Assembly: GCA_020048915.1 (NCBI GenBank)
Contig: JAIFLU010000027.1
Location: 7,614 to 71,613 of the forward strand
Length of the DNA stretch: 64,000 nt
DNA from: Bacteroidota bacterium
Lineage (GTDB): Bacteria; Bacteroidota; Bacteroidia; Bacteroidales; JAAUTT01
Reading direction: 5' to 3'
A model generated the notes under the pieces. It saw only the letters and a program-made list of their open reading frames with translations. It was not told the DNA's origin and did not search any database. The position numbers and the translations under genes were made by a program. Shown piece by piece: positions 48,792-56,153 of this stretch; within the stretch, counting starts at the first letter, position 1; the number at the start of each line of letters is the position of its first letter.

Positions 48792-49213
48792 ATTTGTTAG
48801 CGAAATATTTTCACCTTCCGAAACAGGAGAAATTAATGTTGCTAAGAGCTTTTGAGATATCCCTCATAGCAAAGGCTCTGGTCACTTTTTTTCCGATACG
48901 GTGGTACAAAAAATTTCTTGAAACGAATACCAATCAATCACCTTCTCTGGAGGCCGACGAAAAAATACGATTAGTTACTATGGCCGTTAACCGATGCAGT
49001 CGATTTGCCCCCTGGAAAACAAAATGTTTGGTTGATGCAATCACCGCTAAACTTCTACTTCGAAAGTATAGAATAGGAGCAACCCTTTTTTTAGGAGTAT
49101 CGAAACAAGGGGTTACCAAACTTCAAGCTCATGCCTGGCTCAAAGTTGGCGAAAAATTTATTACAGGAAAACGGGGGCATCAAAATTTCACAGTTGTTTC
49201 GAGTTTTACCTGA
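48788..49213 (+). CDS. Transglutaminase-like cysteine protease of the lasso-peptide B2 (McjB C-terminal) type
   Basis: KCLVDAITAKLLLRKYRIGATLFLGV...LQAHAWLKVGEKFITG, with Cys and His in the spacing typical of the Transglut_core3 / B2 family. Confidence 0.75.
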   Translation: MNLLAKYFHLPKQEKLMLLRAFEISLIAKALVTFFPIRWYKKFLETNTNQSPSLEADEKIRLVTMAVNRCSRFAPWKTKCLVDAITAKLLLRKYRIGATLFLGVSKQGVTKLQAHAWLKVGEKFITGKRGHQNFTVVSSFT

Positions 49214-49240
49214 AAGTAGTTTTAAGTAATCTCAAAAAAG

Positions 49241-49867
49241 TTGAAGCATTATATAAAGCAATTAATCGACTCGGGCGAAAGCCAAACACTCGATTTTAAA
49301 TTTGAGGTTTCTGATTCCCGCAAAATTGCAAAGACTTTTGTAGCATTTGCAAATACCGATGGCGGTATTTTGTTAATTGGAGTAAAGGATAATGGTTCAA
49401 TAGCCGGGGTGCGATCGGAAGAAGAATATTATATGGTGGACGGGGCAGCTAAAATGTATTGTAAACCGGAAGTTTCATTTCAATCGCGCAAATGGAATAT
49501 CGAAGGTAAAACTGTACTCGAAATTACTATTCCTAAAAGTTCTGGTAAACCTCATTATACGTTGACTGAGGATAAAAAATGGATGGTTTACATTCGGGTT
49601 GGAGATCAGAATCTGTTGGCAAACAGTATCCTGCTAAAAGTGTGGCGGTATAAAAAGGAAAACCAATCCATCTACCTTGAGTACTCCAAAACTGAAAAAG
49701 TACTTCTCGAATACCTTGAAAGAGAGCAAAACATAACAATGTCAAAATTTTCTAAAATAGCCTTAATAACGCACAAAGAGGCAGAAAATGTTTTGGTGAA
49801 ATTGATTTCACTAAATTTAATAGAGATTGTTTTTACTGAGAAGCAAGTGTTCTACAAATTACCTTAA
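49241..49867 (+). CDS. AlbA_2 (Schlafen-like, putative nucleic-acid-binding) domain protein with a C-terminal winged-helix-like region
   Basis: ESQTLDFKFEVSDSRKIAKTFVAFANTDGGILLIGVKDNGSIAGV. Starts at TTG. Confidence 0.65.
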   Translation: MKHYIKQLIDSGESQTLDFKFEVSDSRKIAKTFVAFANTDGGILLIGVKDNGSIAGVRSEEEYYMVDGAAKMYCKPEVSFQSRKWNIEGKTVLEITIPKSSGKPHYTLTEDKKWMVYIRVGDQNLLANSILLKVWRYKKENQSIYLEYSKTEKVLLEYLEREQNITMSKFSKIALITHKEAENVLVKLISLNLIEIVFTEKQVFYKLP

Positions 49868-49954
49868 AAAACAACCCCGGAATACCATCTCGGCTTGCGG
49901 GGTGTTCTAGTCTAGTTAGTAATTGTAGAGAAAATCTTTATATATCGAAATATA

Positions 49955-50638
49955 TTATTTTAAGCTTGTTAATAGGGTATAACCAGTAAGCTTGCCTTTA
50001 GAGCTGTAGCTTTCGCTGCGAACCACACCTACATTTTTGGCAACCCATTCCACTCCTTTTGCCGATATCGAAAAAACTGTTTTCGAATCGACATCATAGG
50101 TAATCTTTGCACATTCAAATGTACCGGCAGGGGTAGTAATTTTTTCAACTAATGCTACTTTGCGGTTATATACTTTTACCATCATGGTCATAATAGGAAA
50201 ACCCTGATTCGAAACCTTCATGGTCATTTGGCCATCGTCCAATACATCTCCTGCCTTGAGATTTGCAGGCATATGCATATCCTTGGTTTCAACCTTAATT
50301 TCCATGTCTTTATAAGTATCCATATTTACCCCTTTCAGGTAATTGCCCATATCCATTACAAATTCTCCATTTTTACAGGAAACGGTATAATCTGATTTCA
50401 TTAGAGGCTTTTCCTTTTCGTCGAATACTTCGCTTTGAAATTTTACAGTATTACCAGATACTTCTAATACTTTGCTCCTCGAAATAGAAGTAACTTTATC
50501 TTTATCGGTAAAGGATTTCATTTCTAATTCAGCTCCCTGTTTGAAAGGGAAATAGAAGGTACACTCCTGTGCTTGCACCGTTCCCTGTGGGAGATAAGCT
50601 AATGTTGAAATAAAAGCAGTAACAAAAAACTTCTTCAT
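49955..50638 (-). CDS. Secreted hypothetical protein
   Basis: 227-aa ORF with signal peptide MKKFFVTAFISTLAYLPQGTVQAQ. Beta-rich sequence. Confidence 0.6.
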   Translation of the reverse strand: MKKFFVTAFISTLAYLPQGTVQAQECTFYFPFKQGAELEMKSFTDKDKVTSISRSKVLEVSGNTVKFQSEVFDEKEKPLMKSDYTVSCKNGEFVMDMGNYLKGVNMDTYKDMEIKVETKDMHMPANLKAGDVLDDGQMTMKVSNQGFPIMTMMVKVYNRKVALVEKITTPAGTFECAKITYDVDSKTVFSISAKGVEWVAKNVGVVRSESYSSKGKLTGYTLLTSLK

Positions 50639-50782
50639 AGCTGATTAATTTTTAGAGTGATTAAAATTAGTAATTTTTGAATTAGATTATTCATTCGCTA
50701 AATTTTATTTTTCAACGCTTATTCTCTATTCTATTTGAGGTTTGGATTGGTTTTGCCTTGGTATTGTTAATAGCGAATATGA

Positions 50783-50920
50783 AATTCTTATTCAATGCCG
50801 TTTAGTTAAGAAGTAGGCTTCGACTCCAGCCTGACAAACTGGTAATAGTGTCACACTGAGCGGAGTCGAAGTGTGTATTAATTATTTAATTTCTAAACTA
50901 AACGACATTGAATTCTTATT
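50783..50920. mobile_element. MITE-like element: 15-17-bp terminal inverted repeats flanked by a 10-bp direct repeat
   Basis: Left end AATTCTTATT-CAATGCCGTTTAGTT, right end AACTAAACGACATTG-AATTCTTATT. One mismatch in the inverted repeat. Internal hairpin CTTCGACTCC...GGAGTCGAAG. Confidence 0.6.
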
Positions 50921-50930
50921 TATAAATAGT

Positions 50931-52379
50931 TTATTCTGAAAGAAATTCCTTAAACCAATATGCAGAGTTCTTTGGATTTCGATTTAAGGTATTAAAATCG
51001 ACATGAACAAGTCCAAACCGAGGTCGAAACCCTTCAGCCCATTCAAAATTATCTAAAAATGTCCATACAAAATATCCGTTTACTTTTGCTCCATCTTGCT
51101 TTGCCCGTAACACCTGTTTCAGGTATTCTTTAAAATACGATGTTCGGGCTTCATCAGCTATTTCGCCGTTCAAGACAATATCGTCAAATGCTGCCCCATT
51201 TTCAGTAATAATAAGCTCTTTAATGGGATATTTAGAGAATTGCATTATGGAGTGGTATATTCCTTCGGGATAAACTTCCCATCCCATGTCGGTGATCGGA
51301 TTTCCTAGTTTTTTAGGGTTCACATCGTTAGCCCAGATAACAGGAGGGAATAAGCTAAATTTCCCTACCACCCGAAAATAATTTTGAAGCCCGATAAAAT
51401 CAAAATCGAATTTAAGTTTTCGTTCGTCATCGAATTGAATATATTTTTCAAGCCTTTTTAAAAAGGGTAAACTGTCAGTAGGATAACCCATTCCAAGTGA
51501 AGGCTCAATAAATAGTCGGTTGAAAAGGGCATCCAGCTTTTTTGCTGCATTTTGATGCCTTCCGACCAACTTCTTTGGGTCGATATGAGAGCAGGAAATG
51601 GCCGTTCCAACATTACTTTGTGATACATTTTGGCGTACAATACGTCCGCCTTCTGCCTGGCAAAGCGCTGCATGGTGAAGAGCAGGCAGGTAATTATGCA
51701 ACCCCTTTTTTCCGGGAGCATGTAATCCGGTCATGTACCCTAAGGATGTAAATGCAAAAGGCTCGTTCAAAACAATCCAGTTTTTTGCCCGATCGCCAAA
51801 GGTACGAGTAGCAAAATCACAATATTCCGAGAACCAACCCACCACATCCCGGTTTACCCATCCGCCTTTTTCTTCTAAGGCTCTTGGTAAATCCCAATGA
51901 TAGAGAGTTATCCATGGTGTAAGATTTAATTCGAAACAAGTATCAAGTATTCGGTTGTAGAAGGCTATCCCTTTTTGGTTTTTAGCTCCGGTTCCGCTGG
52001 GAATGAGTCGGGGCCATGACAACGAAAACCGGAAATTTTTAAAATTTAAATCCTTTAATAATCGCAAATCAGAAGGAAAACGATTATAAAAGTCGCAGGC
52101 AACGTCGCCATTCTCGCCTCTTTTTATTTTTCCTTTCGTATGTGTAAAAGTATCCCAAATAGATTCTCCTTTTCCATCTATATTCCAGGCGCCTTCAATC
52201 TGATATGAAGCCGTAGCCGCGCCCCAGGCAAAGTCTGGGCCAAAATCTTTTGCCCGAAGTAAGGGTTGATTAAGAAGTGAGTTTGCAAAAGAAGGAATAC
52301 TAAAACTTCCTATTCCGCTAGCTGTCATTAATTTAAGAAAGGTATTCCGATCCATTGTTCCATTTTTCTTAAAAGCCAA
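50931..52379 (-). CDS. GH1 beta-glucosidase (exported)
   Basis: FAWGAATASYQIEGAW, IVLNEPF and ITENGAAF. The ORF-track start is TTG at 52379; the first ATG (MDRNTFLKLMTASGIGSF) is at 52355. Confidence 0.9.
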   Translation of the reverse strand: MAFKKNGTMDRNTFLKLMTASGIGSFSIPSFANSLLNQPLLRAKDFGPDFAWGAATASYQIEGAWNIDGKGESIWDTFTHTKGKIKRGENGDVACDFYNRFPSDLRLLKDLNFKNFRFSLSWPRLIPSGTGAKNQKGIAFYNRILDTCFELNLTPWITLYHWDLPRALEEKGGWVNRDVVGWFSEYCDFATRTFGDRAKNWIVLNEPFAFTSLGYMTGLHAPGKKGLHNYLPALHHAALCQAEGGRIVRQNVSQSNVGTAISCSHIDPKKLVGRHQNAAKKLDALFNRLFIEPSLGMGYPTDSLPFLKRLEKYIQFDDERKLKFDFDFIGLQNYFRVVGKFSLFPPVIWANDVNPKKLGNPITDMGWEVYPEGIYHSIMQFSKYPIKELIITENGAAFDDIVLNGEIADEARTSYFKEYLKQVLRAKQDGAKVNGYFVWTFLDNFEWAEGFRPRFGLVHVDFNTLNRNPKNSAYWFKEFLSE

Positions 52380-52582
52380 AATTAGAATAATTCAAGTGTT
52401 TTTTCCTTTTAGAAATACTAAAACTCTGTTTTGAAACATTTTTAAAAATTTAAAATGAATTTAGATGGAGAATAAAAGATCTTAAAATAAGTGTTTTGTA
52501 ATTTGAATCAGTTACTTACGAATTAATTCTTGGAACCCGAATCTAAACTAAACTTGGGGTGAACTTTAGAGAAGATAAAAGT

Positions 52583-52615
52583 TTCTTGTAAGTGAGGTAT
52601 ATTATGTTATTTTTG
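52583..52615 (+). promoter_or_regulatory. Candidate Bacteroidota sigma-A promoter for the biotin carrier / carboxyltransferase operon
   Basis: TATTTTTG (52608-52615) fits the -7 consensus TAnnTTTG. A TTG lies about 19 nt upstream. The motif is 66 nt before the ATG at 52681. Confidence 0.3.
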
Positions 52616-52680
52616 AAAATCGATATTTATTCCTATTTTATTATTAAACAGTACAGTATTTAAAATATTTTTTGTTCATT

Positions 52681-53064
52681 ATGAGAAAATTTTTAGTTAA
52701 AGTCAACAATCAGCAATTCGAAGTAGAATTAGAAGAAGTAAAAAGCCAGACAAGCAAACAAGTGACGACATCTTCCTCAAATGGCACACATGCTTCATCA
52801 GCAACTATTAAATCTTCGTCCAACGGAAATGGAGCGGCAGTTATAGCAGGTGGCGAAAAGATTGTTGCTCCCATGCCTGGCAATATCCTAAAAGTAAATG
52901 TAAAAGCGGGTGATGAGGTTAAACGCGGTCAAGTGCTTTTAGTATTAGAAGCTATGAAAATGGAAAACGAAATAACGGCACCAGCTGATAGCAAAGTTGC
53001 AGAAATACTTGTTCAAGTGGGCCAAGCCATTAAAGCTGGTGATACCATGGTTGTTTTAGCATAA
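52681..53064 (+). CDS. Biotin carboxyl carrier protein (1.3S-type subunit of a transcarboxylase/decarboxylase)
   Basis: C-terminal biotinyl domain with VLLVLEAMKMENEITAP (biotinyl-lysine motif AMKM). Confidence 0.85.
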   Translation: MRKFLVKVNNQQFEVELEEVKSQTSKQVTTSSSNGTHASSATIKSSSNGNGAAVIAGGEKIVAPMPGNILKVNVKAGDEVKRGQVLLVLEAMKMENEITAPADSKVAEILVQVGQAIKAGDTMVVLA

Positions 53065-53087
53065 GAAATTGGAATTAATTTACTAGA

Positions 53088-54647
53088 ATGACAAAAATTA
53101 AAATCACCGAAACCGTTTTGCGGGATGCGCATCAATCGCTGATAGCTACCCGCATGAAGTTGGAACATATGCTTCCGATACTTGAACAACTCGACAATAT
53201 TGGTTATCATTCTTTAGAGGCTTGGGGCGGTGCTACATTTGACTCCTGTCTACGTTTCTTAAATGAAGATCCATGGGTTAGGCTGAGAACCATTAAGAGC
53301 AAGGCCAAGAAAACAAAACTCCAAATGCTGCTTCGCGGGCAAAATTTGCTTGGTTATAAGCATTATGCCGACGATGTTGTAGAATATTTTGTGCAAAAAG
53401 CGGTTGGTAATGGAATGGATATTATCAGGATTTTTGATGCATTAAACGATCCCCGTAATGTTGAAAAGTCAATCCAGGCTTGCAAAAAGGAAGGAGGGCA
53501 TGCTCAGGCTACGGTTTGTTTTACGACTAGTCCTGTACATACATTAGAATTGTTTGTAAAAGATGCTAAAATGCTTGAATCAATGGGAGCCGATTCCATT
53601 TGTATTAAAGACATGGCAGGTTTATTGCTTCCTTACACCGCTTTCGATTTAATATCTGCTATCCGCAAAAATGTAAAAATTCCATTGGCGCTTCATACGC
53701 ATTATACAAGTGGTGTAGCTTCTATGACCCTCTTAAAAGCAATTGAAGCCGGAATTGATATTGTAGATTGTGCTATTTCGCCACTATCAATGGGAACATC
53801 GCAGCCTCCAACTGAGTCGATGGTAGCTGCGCTAAAAAATACCCCTTACGACACTGGACTTGATTTGAATGCGCTTAGCGGTATTGCCGAATACTTCCGT
53901 CCTTTACGGGAGGAATATATTGAGAGCGGGTTGTTAGATCAAAAAATGCTTGGTGTTGATGTAAATGCTCTTATTTATCAAGTGCCAGGGGGAATGCTCT
54001 CAAATTTAATTTCGCAGTTAAAACAATCGAATGCTTCTGATAAATATGAAGAAGTACTCAATGAAGTTCCTCGCGTTAGAGAAGACTTTGGCTATCCGCC
54101 TTTAGTTACCCCTACCAGTCAAATTGTTGGAACGCAGGCTGTATTGAATGTTTTGATGGGCGAGCGTTACAAAATGGTTCCCAAGGAATCCAAAGCATTG
54201 GTGAAAGGGGAATACGGAAAAACGCCTATGATTATTTCGGACGAAATAATTAAAAAGATTTTGGGCGACGAAAAACCTATCACCTGCCGTCCAGCCGACC
54301 TTATTGAGCCTGAAATGGAATCGATTCGGGAAAAAATAAAGGAGTATATTGTTCAGGATGAAGATATCCTCACAAGTGCCTTGCTTCCTCAAGTTGCTGA
54401 GGCATTCTTTAAGCACCGGGAAAATGGAACTACGCCCGAGCCGGAGCCTGTAAAAGCTAAACCAGCTGCTGCACCGGTTTCTGCGCCAACTACTTCCGAC
54501 CAAACATCCGTAGAGGTTGTTGCTGCCATTACAGCTACTATTGCTGCCTTAGGAGAAGAAGAAGGAACTGAATATGCTATACGTTCAATACGCCATACCG
54601 GTGTTATGAGTGCCTGGACATTAGCAGGACGTATCCGATATTCCTGA
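53088..54647 (+). CDS. Carboxyltransferase 5S subunit (oxaloacetate decarboxylase alpha / methylmalonyl-CoA carboxyltransferase 5S type), without a fused biotin domain
   Basis: KITETVLRDAHQSLIATRM, FDALND and KDMAGLL motifs. The C-terminal tail is Ala/Pro-rich and then reads VVAAITATIAALGEEEG. Confidence 0.85.
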   Translation: MTKIKITETVLRDAHQSLIATRMKLEHMLPILEQLDNIGYHSLEAWGGATFDSCLRFLNEDPWVRLRTIKSKAKKTKLQMLLRGQNLLGYKHYADDVVEYFVQKAVGNGMDIIRIFDALNDPRNVEKSIQACKKEGGHAQATVCFTTSPVHTLELFVKDAKMLESMGADSICIKDMAGLLLPYTAFDLISAIRKNVKIPLALHTHYTSGVASMTLLKAIEAGIDIVDCAISPLSMGTSQPPTESMVAALKNTPYDTGLDLNALSGIAEYFRPLREEYIESGLLDQKMLGVDVNALIYQVPGGMLSNLISQLKQSNASDKYEEVLNEVPRVREDFGYPPLVTPTSQIVGTQAVLNVLMGERYKMVPKESKALVKGEYGKTPMIISDEIIKKILGDEKPITCRPADLIEPEMESIREKIKEYIVQDEDILTSALLPQVAEAFFKHRENGTTPEPEPVKAKPAAAPVSAPTTSDQTSVEVVAAITATIAALGEEEGTEYAIRSIRHTGVMSAWTLAGRIRYS

Positions 54648-54700
54648 GTAAAAGCTATTGGAATTCTAACATTCTAATAATTTATATTCTGGAAATTTTG

Positions 54701-54738
54701 GGTTAAATCTATACAAAAGATAGATTTAACCTTTTTTT
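54701..54738 (+). terminator. Rho-independent terminator
   Basis: Perfect 12-bp stem GGTTAAATCTAT / ATAGATTTAACC, loop ACAAAAG, followed by TTTTTTT. Confidence 0.85.
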
Positions 54739-55135
54739 GTTTCAATTAGTTAAATAAATTCTATTAGCATTTGTTTTGATTAAGGTGATTCCGAACAGAA
54801 ATTGAATGATCATGCGAGTTTTCTATCGGATGCATCAATTTTAGGCATAGTACCGGAGAAATTGCCAATAATTGATTATTATTTAAAGTGTTATCCATGC
54901 TCTATTTTTAGTATATTTCCTTTTGAAAAATATTAGCTTCTGGATTTACAATCGCTCAATTCAATAAATATATTGCATTCCCTAAAAGATTATGCCTCCT
55001 TAATTTAGTTTTCCTTTTTTTTTATTAATTTAGATGGAGAAAGTTTGCAGATTTGAATAAATTCAGCTAACGTGACCTTTTTACTATTTAATTAATATTT
55101 TTTTTAATTTTAAAATAGTTGTTTGCTTTCAAAAT

Positions 55136-55996
55136 ATGACAATAACCAATCAGGATTTACAGATATTTATTAATGCGATAAAAACTTCATCGAATTACGA
55201 TTTCAGTGAATATTCCGATAAATCCCTGAAGCGGAGGTTAGCTAAAGTTTTGATCGATTACAAGATGGAGATTAGTGGCTTAATCTCTCAATTAAAGGGA
55301 AATAACACATTTCTTGAGCAGGTTGTTAAAGATGTTACTGTAAACACTACCGAGTTATTTCGCGATCCTAATATCTGGCAGATCCTAAAATATCACGTAC
55401 TCCCCAAATTTAAAAACCAATCAAGCATAAACATTTGGCATGCTGGATGTTCAACGGGGCAAGAAGTATATTCTTTACTAATGTTGTTGCATGAGCTTGA
55501 TTTATTCGAAAAGTCAAAAGTATATGCAACCGATCTAAACAACGACGTTCTCCAGGTTGCTAAAAAAGGAGTTTATAAATATCGGTTTAATATTAATTAT
55601 CTCGACAACTTCGATAAATCGATGAAGGAGAATCCATATAATTATGAAGAGTATAATGAGATTCCGTATGAAAAATATTTTACCATTGATAAATCGAAAG
55701 ATATTATTAAAATGAACCAGTTTTTGTTGGATAAACCAATCTTTAAAAAGCATGATTTAGTAAAAGATGGAAATATTTTTTATGTGAAGTTCGATTTAAT
55801 TCTTTGTCGGAATGTAATTATATATTTTAATTATGAACTTCAAAATAAGGTTTTTGATTTGTTCTATAATAACCTTTATCCCAATGGATATCTACTTTTA
55901 GGTATGCACGAGTCTATACTGGGACCCTATGCTTCCCGCTTCGATAAAATGGGACAGTTTTATCAGAAAAAGGAGATGTTTACCTATATGCCATAA
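55136..55996 (+). CDS. cheR: CheR-type protein-glutamate O-methyltransferase (copy 1)
   Basis: CheR_N-like helices (SEYSDKSLKRRLAKV), TELFRDPNIW, SAM motif INIWHAGCSTGQEVYSLLMLL, and DLILCRNVIIYFN. Confidence 0.8.
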   Translation: MTITNQDLQIFINAIKTSSNYDFSEYSDKSLKRRLAKVLIDYKMEISGLISQLKGNNTFLEQVVKDVTVNTTELFRDPNIWQILKYHVLPKFKNQSSINIWHAGCSTGQEVYSLLMLLHELDLFEKSKVYATDLNNDVLQVAKKGVYKYRFNINYLDNFDKSMKENPYNYEEYNEIPYEKYFTIDKSKDIIKMNQFLLDKPIFKKHDLVKDGNIFYVKFDLILCRNVIIYFNYELQNKVFDLFYNNLYPNGYLLLGMHESILGPYASRFDKMGQFYQKKEMFTYMP

Positions 55997-56153
55997 CTTA
56001 AATTCGAATTTTGAATAATGAATGCATCATGTTTCATGAACATTTTTAATATATTTAGAAGTTTTTCTTTGGTATTGTCTCAATTTCCATAATTATTAAT
56101 TATGAAAAAAGCATGGAGAGTATACATTTTGTTAATATTTAGACAACTGGTAA

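Noticed and set aside
48498-49213. Complete lasso-peptide biosynthetic gene cluster
   Set aside because: No asparagine-synthetase-like cyclase and no convincing precursor are present. Only the B1/B2 pair is there.
49870-49906. Imperfect hairpin (AACAACCCCG ... CGGGGTGTT) between convergent genes, considered as a bidirectional terminator
   Set aside because: The stem needs a bulge, the loop is 18 nt and there is no T-tract. This is too weak to list.
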